A stretch of 62,984 nt of DNA, taken from positions 1-62,984 of the forward strand of contig CAIOVI010000052.1 of assembly GCA_903861715.1 (NCBI GenBank), given 5' to 3'. Source of the DNA: an uncultured bacterium. Lineage in GTDB: Bacteria; Patescibacteriota; Minisyncoccia; Moranbacterales; GWC2-37-73. How positions within the stretch are numbered: position 1 is the stretch's first letter; every line of letters starts with the position of its first letter. The notes beneath the pieces were generated by a model. The model searched no databases. It worked only from the letters and a program-made list of their open reading frames with translations, and was not told the origin of the DNA. Made by a program: the position numbers and the translations under genes. This document shows positions 45,247 to 54,190 of this stretch, one piece after another.

Positions 45247-46209
45247 ATGTTACTAGATGACGTCAAAATTGAAATTTCAGCTGGAAACGGCGGCAAGGGT
45301 TGCGCAGGTTTTAACAAGAACTTGATGAGCCTTGGACCAGCTGGCGGCAGTGGTGGCAAAGGGGCCAGCATCTATTTTGAAGGTGTTTCAGACCTTAATG
45401 CCTTCAATCAATTCCGCTTCAAAAAACAACTTTTTGCCGAAGATGGACGCGACGGCAAAGGCCAATTTTGTGACGGACCAGACGGCAAAGATTTGATCAT
45501 CAAATTGCCAGTTGGCACGGTCATCACCAACACCGAAACCAAGGAGGCTTTTGAAATCACCAAGGTTGGCGAGCAAGTTTTGGCTGTTAAGGGTGGCAAA
45601 GGCGGCCGCGGAAATTTTCTTTTCCGCTCAGCCAAAAACACCACCCCAAAAGAATTTGAATTCGGCAAAAAAGGGCAGCATGCCAATTTGCATCTGCAGC
45701 TCAAGATGATTGCCGACATCGGCTTTGTTGGCCTGCCCAATCTTGGCAAATCAAGTTTGCTCAATGAATTGACCAATGCCAGCGTCAAAGTGGCCAACTA
45801 TCAATTCACCACCCTGGAACCAAACCTCGGCGTTTACTATAGTCTCATTTTGGCTGACATTCCTGGCCTGATTGAAGGCGCATCCGAAGGCAAGGGTCTT
45901 GGCATCAAATTTCTAAAACACGTTGAACGCACCAAAATTCTTTTTCATTTTTTGGCTGCTGACAGTGAAAATATTCTGACTGACTACAAAACCATCCGCG
46001 CCGAACTTGCCGCCTATAATCCAGCCCTGCTAGAAAAGCCAGAATACATCCTTATTTCCCGCTCCGACACTGTCGACGAAAAAGAATTAAAAAAACTTCT
46101 CACTAAAGCCAAAAAACTCAGCAAACATGTCATGCCCATTTCCATTCACAATTGGGACCAGCTGCAAAAAGTGAAAGAATTGCTGAATGATTTGGATGCT
46201 CAAAAATAA
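45247..46209 (+). CDS. obg: GTPase Obg
   Basis: Obg fold AGNGGKGCAGF...GGSGGKGASIYF and G domain GLPNLGKSSLL, DIPGLIEGA. Confidence 0.9.
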   Translation: MLLDDVKIEISAGNGGKGCAGFNKNLMSLGPAGGSGGKGASIYFEGVSDLNAFNQFRFKKQLFAEDGRDGKGQFCDGPDGKDLIIKLPVGTVITNTETKEAFEITKVGEQVLAVKGGKGGRGNFLFRSAKNTTPKEFEFGKKGQHANLHLQLKMIADIGFVGLPNLGKSSLLNELTNASVKVANYQFTTLEPNLGVYYSLILADIPGLIEGASEGKGLGIKFLKHVERTKILFHFLAADSENILTDYKTIRAELAAYNPALLEKPEYILISRSDTVDEKELKKLLTKAKKLSKHVMPISIHNWDQLQKVKELLNDLDAQK

Positions 46210-46221
46210 TAACTAGTAATA

Positions 46222-46320
46222 CTGGATTAACTGGATTAATGGCAGCTAAACGTCGGAGGCTCAACCTCCATAATGGAGGTTGAGCCTCCTTGAAACTAAC
46301 AGTGATTCAGTTAATCTGGT
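46222..46320 (+). repeat. ~100-bp hairpin element, copy A (inverted partner at 60566-60648)
   Basis: ctggattaactggattaatggcagctaaacgtc-ggaggctcaacctcc-ataa-tggaggttgagcctcc-ttgaaactaacagtg. Confidence 0.85.
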
Positions 46321-46352
46321 ATAATTAGTAACTAGTAGCCAGAAAAAGAATT

Positions 46353-46383
46353 AAAAAAACGAGAAACTAGTTTCTCGTTTTTA
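46353..46383. terminator. Bidirectional terminator
   Basis: aaaaaaacgagaaa-ctag-tttctcgttttt. Confidence 0.7.
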
Positions 46384-46389
46384 CTTAAT

Positions 46390-46755
46390 CTATTCTTTCT
46401 TTTTTTCTTGAAGTCTTTTTTCATCCCTAATTCTGCCAAGTTCTTCAAGCCTATTTTTTATCATTGCCTGAAGCTTCTTCCTGGAATAGCCTGCTAGCTT
46501 TGGATAATTTTCGGCAATAGCGTGAAACTGATCCTCATATATTTCATCTTTGACGCCATTATCTTCTTTAAACAACTCGATTTCCCTTTCAATCAATTTA
46601 TCCACTATTTCAGCCTCTTCGCGGGCCATATCCAAACCTGAAACTTTTTCTTCGGCTGATAAATTATTCAGTTTGTTTCTTTCCTCAGCCTGTTTATCAA
46701 ATTGTTCATCACTTTTTTTTCGCGAAGCTTCAAAATCTGATTGTCCAAATTCCAT
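46390..46755 (-). CDS. Hypothetical acidic coiled-coil protein
   Basis: An ORF only, rich in E and K. Confidence 0.45.
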   Translation of the reverse strand: MEFGQSDFEASRKKSDEQFDKQAEERNKLNNLSAEEKVSGLDMAREEAEIVDKLIEREIELFKEDNGVKDEIYEDQFHAIAENYPKLAGYSRKKLQAMIKNRLEELGRIRDEKRLQEKKKE

Positions 46756-46766
46756 AATAATATTTT

Positions 46767-47120
46767 TTAAGATTTATGATTTTCTTTGGGTTCGAAAACA
46801 TTCAGCACTGAGTTGACCAGCCAGAGAATCAAACTGAAAAAAACGGCTGTCCAAAAACCGCTCACCTGAAAACCAGGCACCACCGCGCTTGTAAGCACAA
46901 CTAAGGCAGCGTTAATCACCAACGTGAAAAACCCGAGCGTCAAAATGTTGATTGGCAAAGTCAGCACCAGCAAAATTGGACGAAGAATTGTGTTAAAAAA
47001 TCCCAACACCACCGCTACCACCAAAGCCACAAAAAAACTTTGCACAACAATTCCTGGAAGCAAATAGGCTGTGATCATCACCGCCAGAGCGCTCAAAAAC
47101 CAATGAATGATTGCTTTCAT
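46767..47120 (-). CDS. DUF360/phage-holin-4-like membrane protein
   Basis: Four hydrophobic segments. The LLPGIVVQSFFVALVVAVVLGFFNTILRPIL pattern matches the YvlD-type family. Confidence 0.6.
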   Translation of the reverse strand: MKAIIHWFLSALAVMITAYLLPGIVVQSFFVALVVAVVLGFFNTILRPILLVLTLPINILTLGFFTLVINAALVVLTSAVVPGFQVSGFWTAVFFSLILWLVNSVLNVFEPKENHKS

Positions 47121-47210
47121 AAATTTAAAATTAAAAAATTATACGTTTATTATACCATAAACAAAAAAAAGTCCTTACAAGGCCAATGACCCTCAATTAA
47201 CCCCATCAAA

Positions 47211-47248
47211 GTGTTACAAATAAATGCATATGCATTTATTTGTAACAC
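47211..47248. repeat. 38-bp perfect palindrome, copy 1
   Basis: gtgttacaaataaatgcat|atgcatttatttgtaacac. Confidence 0.95.
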
Positions 47249-47353
47249 TCACAAAATAAAATTTGCACTTGATTTTCACTGGCCAAAAATAATCGGCAGC
47301 TTCAGTGACTATTTTGATCATTCGTCCTGTAACACATATTTTCGACACTCAAA

Positions 47354-47992
47354 TCAAAGCTTGAATTTGCGTTTAAACTTTTCTTCATGCATCACCCTTT
47401 CCGCAACTAGGATATCAATAAACTTTTCAACATAGTAAACCTCGGCCAAAAAAAGAATTTCATCCTCACAGTCATAAGGATAAACCCAGACACTCTTCTG
47501 CATCTGAACAAAGCCTAACTCTTTTATCTTTTCTCGCAGAGCATTGCGAGCATTATTGTAAATTGCTGGCTTAGTTGGAATATCAAACATCAAAATTCGC
47601 CACTTGCCATCCCATTTTTTGGGTTTTTTTATCACAAGCGTTTCAAAACAAAACTCACAAACTCTTTTCTTGCCCTTATTTGTAAGCTCCACTCGGGTGA
47701 CGCCATTTTTTTCATTAACTATTTCAATAAGCTTTCGATGTTTAAGTGTCCTAATCGCTTGTTGCAGATTTTTTTTGGCATATTTTCGCTTCCCACCTTG
47801 ATCGCCCATTACCGCAACTAATCCTGGTGCAAGCACACCAGCAAAAACTATCCCACCCAAAGCCAATGTCATCAACACAAATTTCGCAGCTGTTGCTTTT
47901 TTGGAATCAGAACACAAAAAATCCTCCACATAATCACCGAGCTTCTTGTGAGTTTTTTTTGTTTCAATTTTCCTGCGCCTTTTTGTTTCCAT
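47354..47992 (-). CDS. PaaX-like/Cas2-fold regulator-like protein with an N-terminal TM segment
   Basis: WDGKWRILMFDIPTKPAIYNNARNALREKIKELGFVQMQKSVWVYP matches the PaaX-type W-x-W-(l)-v-F-d/s-IP...R..LR..L..lGF...q.svWv.P block. Confidence 0.55.
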   Translation of the reverse strand: METKRRRKIETKKTHKKLGDYVEDFLCSDSKKATAAKFVLMTLALGGIVFAGVLAPGLVAVMGDQGGKRKYAKKNLQQAIRTLKHRKLIEIVNEKNGVTRVELTNKGKKRVCEFCFETLVIKKPKKWDGKWRILMFDIPTKPAIYNNARNALREKIKELGFVQMQKSVWVYPYDCEDEILFLAEVYYVEKFIDILVAERVMHEEKFKRKFKL

Positions 47993-48098
47993 TGTTTTTA
48001 TTTTATTGTTTCTGTCTTATTCTCTCTATCTCATTCTCTCAAATTACTTCAAAGTAATATCCCCCCCCAATAATTGTAATTATAATCCCCGCTCCAAA

Positions 48099-48136
48099 GT
48101 GTGTCAAAAAAATGCATATGCCTAAATTTGTAACAC
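48099..48136. repeat. 38-bp palindrome family, degenerate copy 2
   Basis: gtgtgtcaaaaaaatgcatatgcctaaatttgtaacac. Confidence 0.8.
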
Positions 48137-48277
48137 TTAGTATGATATGTATAAAATTATCTACTCAATAAAACTATTCACTCAATATACCTAATCAATA
48201 TAACCAATTCAAAAATTATATAGATTCAATCTTACAACATCTCAAAAATACCCTCATCACTTCTTCTCTTTTTTAAG

Positions 48278-48315
48278 GTGTTACAAATAAATGCATATGC
48301 CTAACTTTGTAACAC
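48278..48315. repeat. 38-bp palindrome family, imperfect copy 3
   Basis: gtgttacaaataaatgcatatgcctaactttgtaacac. Confidence 0.9.
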
Positions 48316-48403
48316 TAGCCATGAAAATAACCAGTTAATAACATTTCTGCGTCCCAAATTTTACGCCAAACCAAAAAACCCCACAATCTTTATCCCTTTC
48401 AAA

Positions 48404-48441
48404 GTGTTACAATAAAATGCATATGCATTTTATTGTAACAC
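48404..48441. repeat. 38-bp palindrome family, perfect variant copy 4
   Basis: gtgttacaataaaatgcat|atgcattttattgtaacac. The palindrome extends to 48401-48444. Confidence 0.95.
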
Positions 48442-48568
48442 TTTGAAATAATTGGTTAAGTTTTTTATATTTTGCAATGCAAATAATAGCAAAAATTGAC
48501 TGATCTAAAGATTTTAAAAATTTTTCCCAAAAAAAGAGCTGGTCAGGCTCCTTGGGACTTCTGCATAT

Positions 48569-49309
48569 TTACCTACCAGCAAGTTGCCACAACATTTCGA
48601 ATTTTTTTCTTTCCATTTTTACAATATCCTCACTTTCAATCAAAACGGAAATCAATTCTTTTGTAGAAGAAACAAAGGCAACCTTGTTTTGATAAATAAA
48701 CTGAGTTGAGTCATAATTAAATTCTTTCGGCAAAAATCTCACTTCTCGCAAATATTCGCCGTCATAGCCCTCCTTAAACTTCTCAGCCCAACTGTTTTCA
48801 AACAACAACGCTCGCAGTTTAATTTTTCTTTTGATGCGAGTGGGGATATAATACTGCTCATCATATTTATTGCCAATGATTTCATAAATAGCCGAAGGGT
48901 CACCTAGCCACAAAAGTTCACTTGCATGTTTTTCAAGTGTGTCCTCGCAAACAGAAAAATAGCCCTCTTCCCCTTCAAAATATTTTACTTGGGGAGAGTG
49001 TGAATCTTTTTTCGAAACAGCTTTGAGCTGGGGAATAATCAAACTTATCTCTTTCGTTTTTTCTTCCATCTGGCTCAAAATCTTTTCAGGATTTTCTGCG
49101 CTCAAATGAATGCCACTTTTTGTTTTATACTTTCCCAGAAGACCTTTTGCCATCAACGATTTAGCAACCAAATAAACTGAAGTTCTTTTGACCCCAGCAT
49201 GCTTGGCGATTTTTGTCACCAAACTCGGACCCAGTTGAAGAGCGGACAGATATACCGCTATTTCATCATCACTCAGGCCTATTTTTTTGAGAGCATCTTG
49301 TGAATCCAT
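48569..49309 (-). CDS. TrmB-family transcriptional regulator
   Basis: N-terminal wHTH LKKIGLSDDEIAVYLSALQLGPSLVTKIAKHAGVKRTSVYLVAKSLMAKGL. Confidence 0.7.
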   Translation of the reverse strand: MDSQDALKKIGLSDDEIAVYLSALQLGPSLVTKIAKHAGVKRTSVYLVAKSLMAKGLLGKYKTKSGIHLSAENPEKILSQMEEKTKEISLIIPQLKAVSKKDSHSPQVKYFEGEEGYFSVCEDTLEKHASELLWLGDPSAIYEIIGNKYDEQYYIPTRIKRKIKLRALLFENSWAEKFKEGYDGEYLREVRFLPKEFNYDSTQFIYQNKVAFVSSTKELISVLIESEDIVKMERKKFEMLWQLAGR

Positions 49310-49540
49310 AATTGTTGATATTTATGACAACACTATTATTATGCTAACATAGGATGATTAAATTGTCAATATTATAGCTCAAAACAGGCCTTTTAAAGCT
49401 TTTATGATTATTCTAAAATATTAATCTATTGTTTCATTTATAAACATAATCTTTACATCCTCTAATTTTTATACAATAATCAACTGTTTGGATCTTTAAC
49501 AATCGCGGAATCTTCCGCAAAAAACAATGGAGGATAAAAA

Positions 49541-49975
49541 GTGACTAAATTTGACTATTTTTTAACCGGCTTATTAATCCTTATTTTTGGAGGATTTCTT
49601 GGTTTAGAATGGCATATGCTACGATTAATGGATCCGTGGGTATTCCCGACAGTTAATATCTGTTTATTTGTTGCAAGATTAGCATACAATGTCAGATACA
49701 ATATTAATCACATTAATCTCATGGCCTGCAAGCTAAAACTTGATTTCTATTACACTGGCAAACAAGTCTCCCGATTGAGATGGGGCGTGCGTCCATGCGC
49801 CTATAAGCTAACAAAGCTTGGCTGGGAGTTTTGGCCTGCTGGCTGGATTCCCAAATCTCCATATTTGTGGATTGAAATAAGAATAAAAAATATTTCTTTT
49901 TTTCAATACACTCTAGAGGCAAGACTAGGAGAAGATCTTGTAGGATTATGCACCCCACCTGAACCATGGTGGTAA
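49541..49975 (+). CDS. Hypothetical membrane protein (GTG start)
   Basis: RBS ggagg is 8 nt before the GTG. The N-terminus has TM segments and the C-terminal part is W-rich. Confidence 0.5.
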   Translation: MTKFDYFLTGLLILIFGGFLGLEWHMLRLMDPWVFPTVNICLFVARLAYNVRYNINHINLMACKLKLDFYYTGKQVSRLRWGVRPCAYKLTKLGWEFWPAGWIPKSPYLWIEIRIKNISFFQYTLEARLGEDLVGLCTPPEPWW

Positions 49976-50011
49976 AATTTCTTTTTAATTTTAACTTACT
50001 GAGGTGAAAAA

Positions 50012-50269
50012 ATGAAAGAAGAAGCCAAAAAACTGACTGCTCATAGTCTTGGTGTGATTAGCCTGCTCATCACTGCAATCGCTAGTACTCTCATGGTGAG
50101 TAAATTTTGCCCAGATCAAGGGACAGATGGAATGGTTGTTTTGTTAATAAAGGGATTACCGGCCATGTTGGAGGTCGGTACTATCGTTTGGGAATTTCAT
50201 TGGCTAAATAAAAGAGAGGGGCAACTAATGCATAAGCTATTAGTGAATCTCAAGAAGTACGCCAAATAA
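50012..50269 (+). CDS. Hypothetical small membrane protein
   Basis: RBS gaggtg. Two hydrophobic segments are present. A hairpin gctctacacgc...gcgtgcagagc (about 50291-50325) follows. Confidence 0.5.
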   Translation: MKEEAKKLTAHSLGVISLLITAIASTLMVSKFCPDQGTDGMVVLLIKGLPAMLEVGTIVWEFHWLNKREGQLMHKLLVNLKKYAK

Positions 50270-50356
50270 ACTCAACTGCTTTACATAATCTTGAAGCTCT
50301 ACACGCAGATGCGTGCAGAGCTTTATTTTTATATGAATTTCTTAACCTCCTCCCAT

Positions 50357-50394
50357 GTGTTACAAATAAATGCATATGCATTTATTTGTAACAC
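50357..50394. repeat. 38-bp perfect palindrome, copy 5 (identical to copy 1)
   Basis: gtgttacaaataaatgcatatgcatttatttgtaacac. Confidence 0.95.
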
Positions 50395-50438
50395 CCTGTT
50401 TAATGCCAGCACTATGTGCACAATTTTTATGTATAAAA

Positions 50439-51425
50439 CTATAAATTTTTCAGATAATCCCTTAAAATATCTTCCGCCTGCCCAGCATTTTCGGTTTCCA
50501 TAAGCTTGGCGCGTAGTTCTTTGGCGCCTTCAAACTCACTCACATAGGCTTTGAAATGTTTTTTCATGACGTGGTAGCCGTTGATTCCCTCGCTAGAAAG
50601 TTCTTTTTCAAAAAATTTCGCATGTTCAATCGCCACGCGAAATTTTTCAGCCAAAGAAATATTTTTGATGTCAATTTTTTCATTGAAAAACCAAGGATTG
50701 CCAAAAATTCCCCGGCCAATCATGATGCCATCCATGCCAGATTTTTCCGCTTTTTCTTGGCCATCTGCCAAACTCGCCACGTCGCCATTGCCAATAATCA
50801 CGACGCCGTTTTCTTTGGCCATTTCAACTATCTTCGGTGCCAATTCCCAATGAGCAGCAACCTCCGACATTTCTTTTTTGCTGCGCAAATGCACCGTCAA
50901 AGCCGCCGGCTTTTCGGCCAAGATTTCTGGCAGCCAAGTTTCTGATTCATCTTTGGAAAATCCGATGCGGGTTTTGACTGACACTGGCATTTGCCCAGCG
51001 CCCTCCTTGGCAGCGCGAATAATTTCACGAGCCAACTGAGGATTTTTGATCAAGGCGCTGCCCGCCCCCTGCTTGATCACCGCTTTGTCTGGACAACCCA
51101 TGTTGATGTCCACGCCATCAAAACCCAACTCAGCTATCAAAGCCGCCGCTTGTTTGATATTCTCCGGTTTGGAGCCAAAAATTTGCGCCACAATTGGACG
51201 TTCATTTTCTCCAAAACGAAGCTCCTTGAGAAAAACCGCTCGCCCCTTTTCACTGACCAAGCCATCAGCGCTGACAAATTCTGTGTAGGTCACATCAGGC
51301 TTGCCATATTTGGCCAACATTTGCCGCTGCGCAAAATCCGTCACATCCGCCATCGGCGCCAACACAAAAAACGGCTTTTTCTTTGTTGCCAATTGCTGCC
51401 AAAAATTTTGCTCTTCTTTTTTCAT
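50439..51425 (-). CDS. tRNA-dihydrouridine synthase
   Basis: FVLAPMADVTDFAQRQM...VDINMGCP...VSVKTRIG. The start is taken at the ATG at 51425. Confidence 0.9.
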   Translation of the reverse strand: MKKEEQNFWQQLATKKKPFFVLAPMADVTDFAQRQMLAKYGKPDVTYTEFVSADGLVSEKGRAVFLKELRFGENERPIVAQIFGSKPENIKQAAALIAELGFDGVDINMGCPDKAVIKQGAGSALIKNPQLAREIIRAAKEGAGQMPVSVKTRIGFSKDESETWLPEILAEKPAALTVHLRSKKEMSEVAAHWELAPKIVEMAKENGVVIIGNGDVASLADGQEKAEKSGMDGIMIGRGIFGNPWFFNEKIDIKNISLAEKFRVAIEHAKFFEKELSSEGINGYHVMKKHFKAYVSEFEGAKELRAKLMETENAGQAEDILRDYLKNL

Positions 51426-51650
51426 ATATAGAATAACTAACAAATTCACGCAGTCCTTAAAATAAAGCTGGGATATTTTATTTTTCAGACTCGGACCCAC
51501 TGGACCGTAGGGCTGAAAAATAAAGTGTCTCAGCTTAACGCCCAACTAAACTCTAGCAGAACTTTCACCTTTTGCGCAACAAAAAAGTCCCCACAGGAAC
51601 TTTTTCGCATTCTATACAAAATACACACTACAAAATACATTATACATTTT

Positions 51651-52025
51651 TTATTTCCCTGTCGTCGTGCCGCCATTAGCCTTTTTGAAATTGACTTTCC
51701 AAGTTGGCTCATAGGCATTTTCGAATTCATCTTTGACCTCAACCGTTTCACCCTTCATCAAAGTTGTTAGCGCAATGTCATTGAGCATTTCTTTTTCAGT
51801 TTCAACTTCTCTTTTCAAATCATCAAATTTTTCCCAAGCCCGGCCAAGCTCAGCTTGAATTCTAGTTTCAATTTGTTTTTTCTTTTCGCGCAAAGCTTTG
51901 ATTTCCTCCACAATCTCTTCATATTCATCCGCTTGCGCCAAAGCATCCTTATACATGTCTCGCAAATCCTTTTGCTCTTTTTTCATCTCCCTAATTTTGC
52001 TGAAAACTTCTTGTATGTTTTGCAT
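51651..52025 (-). CDS. Hypothetical coiled-coil protein
   Basis: An ORF only, with E/K-rich heptad-like sequence. Confidence 0.45.
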   Translation of the reverse strand: MQNIQEVFSKIREMKKEQKDLRDMYKDALAQADEYEEIVEEIKALREKKKQIETRIQAELGRAWEKFDDLKREVETEKEMLNDIALTTLMKGETVEVKDEFENAYEPTWKVNFKKANGGTTTGK

Positions 52026-52305
52026 TTCTGTTTTTATTTTCGTAATTTTATAAATAAGTCAAGAGCCTTTGTTGCGAAGTATCAATGCGCCGAAATAATT
52101 ACCCCTAAATCGGCTACCCGCCTACCGTCGAGGCAGGCAAATCTACAAACAAAAACAAAAATTCAAAAAACAAATTTATTCTATTAACAAAAATTTAATA
52201 ATTTTTTAAACTTAATATTTTTAAGCATAGCATGCTTTTCTTTTTTAAAAAAGAGTTCCTTAACTGGCTCCTAATTGGAAAAGACTGATCATTAAAAAAC
52301 CTCCA

Positions 52306-52333
52306 TTGACGAATCCCAAATCCGTGCTATACT
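52306..52333 (+). promoter_or_regulatory. Promoter of the candidate small RNA/leader
   Basis: TTGACG (52306-52311), 16 nt spacer, and an extended -10 TGcTATACT (52325-52333). Confidence 0.55.
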
Positions 52334-52339
52334 CCTTAT

Positions 52340-52441
52340 ACAACTAAAAAAGTCCTACTCTAGCCCGCCACTGAGCCAAAAGTGGATAGGCTGGAAAACC
52401 CTACATAAAAGGAAAGGACTTCTTTGAGTGTAGTTTTTTTA
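52340..52441 (+). ncRNA. Candidate ~100-nt structured RNA (unclassified)
   Basis: A hairpin agcc-cg-ccact-gagccaaa-agtgg-ata-ggct is followed by a second hairpin ctaca...tgtag and then a T7 run (52434-52440). Confidence 0.4.
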
Positions 52442-52541
52442 TTTAAATAAATCGCTAATCCAAACTAATTTACTCACCAATAATCGCGAACTAATTCGAG
52501 ATAATTTGAGCTAAATTCGGGTCGATTCGTGAAATTAATCC

Positions 52542-53114
52542 ATGCAATACGAACTGTTTTACCTAGTTGGCCAACGCCAAGAAGCAAATCTCGACGCAAT
52601 TCGAGAAGCAGTCAAAATCATGCTCGTTTCAGAAGGAGCCAAACTTCTTGAGCCAGAGCTGACTGAAAAGAGAAAGCTGTCTTATGAAATCAAGCATCAA
52701 AACAAGGGGACTTATGTCACCCGTCGTTTTGAATTGGAAGATATTGATTTTTGGGCAGATGAAAAAAATGGCGACAAAGAATTTGGAATTCAAGCCATGA
52801 CCAACAAATTGAATCTCAACAACGACGTGCTCAGGTTTTTGATTGTCAAAACCGAAGACCTGCCAGACCTTGGGGCCAAGGAGCGTCGCAAAGCCCAAGA
52901 AATGAAAACTCAGCGCCCTGAAAATGTTCGCACCGGGCGTCCCGAAAAAAAAGAAGCTCCTCGCCAATTTGTCAAACCAGCGCCAACTGTTTCTGCGCCT
53001 ATCGCACCCAAAAAGGAAACCCCTGCAGTCAAAGAAGAAGTCACTTTGCCAAAAGTTGAAAAACAAGCCACCCAAGATATCGACAAGCAACTTGATGATT
53101 TGCTAAACATCTAA
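52542..53114 (+). CDS. rpsF: 30S ribosomal protein S6 with a long K/E/P-rich C-terminal extension
   Basis: MQYELFYLVGQRQEANL...LSYEIKHQNKGTYV. Confidence 0.9.
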   Translation: MQYELFYLVGQRQEANLDAIREAVKIMLVSEGAKLLEPELTEKRKLSYEIKHQNKGTYVTRRFELEDIDFWADEKNGDKEFGIQAMTNKLNLNNDVLRFLIVKTEDLPDLGAKERRKAQEMKTQRPENVRTGRPEKKEAPRQFVKPAPTVSAPIAPKKETPAVKEEVTLPKVEKQATQDIDKQLDDLLNI

Positions 53115-53219
53115 GGATATAAACACTAATCAGTCACTAATTTTTTCACTAATAATCACGAATAATCTATTCGAGATAATTCGAGACTTAATTCGAGAAG
53201 ATTAGCGATAAAAATCCTC

Positions 53220-53708
53220 ATGAATTTAAACAAAGTTCAACTCATCGGAAGACTTACTAGAGATCCTGAAATTCGCACCACGCCTTCAGGACAAACAGTT
53301 GCCACCATTGGCTTGGCCACCAATCGAACCTGGATGGACAAAGCTGGGCAAAAACAAGAAAAAAGTGAATTCCACAACATTGTGGTTTGGGGACGTTTAG
53401 CCGAAATTGCTGGTCAATATCTAACCAAGGGCCAAGAAGCCTATTTCGAAGGTCGCTTGGAAACTCGTGCTTACACCGGCAAAGATGGAGTGGAAAGAAA
53501 AGTGACTGACATTGTCGCTGAAAGCATGCAAATGGGTTCCCGTGCTCAAGGAGGCGGCCAAGGAGGTGGCAACTATCAACCACGTCCAACTCAGCAAGCA
53601 GCTCCAGCGCAAGCCAGCAGACCGGCACCAGCCCAAGAAGAAGCCATCCCAACCATCAACCTCGATGAAGAGACGGATGAAGTCAGGCTCGAGGATGTGC
53701 CCTTTTAA
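53220..53708 (+). CDS. ssb: Single-stranded DNA-binding protein
   Basis: MNLNKVQLIGRLTRDPEIRTTPSGQTVATIGLATNR...FHNIVVWGRLAE, with an acidic tip LEDVPF. Confidence 0.95.
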   Translation: MNLNKVQLIGRLTRDPEIRTTPSGQTVATIGLATNRTWMDKAGQKQEKSEFHNIVVWGRLAEIAGQYLTKGQEAYFEGRLETRAYTGKDGVERKVTDIVAESMQMGSRAQGGGQGGGNYQPRPTQQAAPAQASRPAPAQEEAIPTINLDEETDEVRLEDVPF

Positions 53709-53872
53709 ATGATATAAATCACTAATCTACACGAATTCATCACTAATAATCACGAATGATATAAATCCCTAACCAGCACGAATTTTTTCGCCAATAATTG
53801 CGAATTAAAAAATGCAAAAAATTAGAGATAATTCGAGAAAAATTAGAGTTTGATTCGTGATTTAATTCCACA

Positions 53873-54079
53873 ATGGAAAAGAAAACTTGCTATTTCTGTG
53901 ATCAAAAGATGGACAAGATTGATTACAAGGATGCTTATCTAATTCGTCGTTTCATGAATTCTCAAGGGAAAATTTATCCTCCCAAAAGACATGGAACTTG
54001 CACCAAGCACCAGCGCACCCTGGCGCAAGCCATCAAGCGAGCCCGCGTCATGGCCTTGGCACCGTTTGTCGTTAAATAA
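53873..54079 (+). CDS. rpsR: 30S ribosomal protein S18
   Basis: CYFCDQKMDKIDYKDAYLIRRFMNSQGKIYPPKRHGTCTKHQR. Confidence 0.9.
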   Translation: MEKKTCYFCDQKMDKIDYKDAYLIRRFMNSQGKIYPPKRHGTCTKHQRTLAQAIKRARVMALAPFVVK

Positions 54080-54190
54080 AAATTAGAAAAAATACAAATT
54101 ACGCAAATCTATGCGTATGATGCAAATATGCAAATGATTCGCATATTTGTAGATTTGCATTAAATTCGCATCATTTGTATTATAATCTTC

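Noticed and set aside
47211-47435. ORFs 47211-47435 and 50291-50503, which share the peptide VLQINAYAFICNT.
   Set aside because: The shared peptide is simply the translation of the 38-bp palindrome. The ORFs have no RBS and overlap real genes or terminators.
48099-48441. Possible CRISPR-like array (three palindromic repeats in 340 bp). More generally, I checked whether any of the repeated words form a CRISPR array.
   Set aside because: The repeat start-to-start spacings are irregular (179 and 126 bp). The repeats are full palindromes with degenerate copies. No cas genes are present. Elsewhere the repeats are dispersed or tandem without unique spacers.
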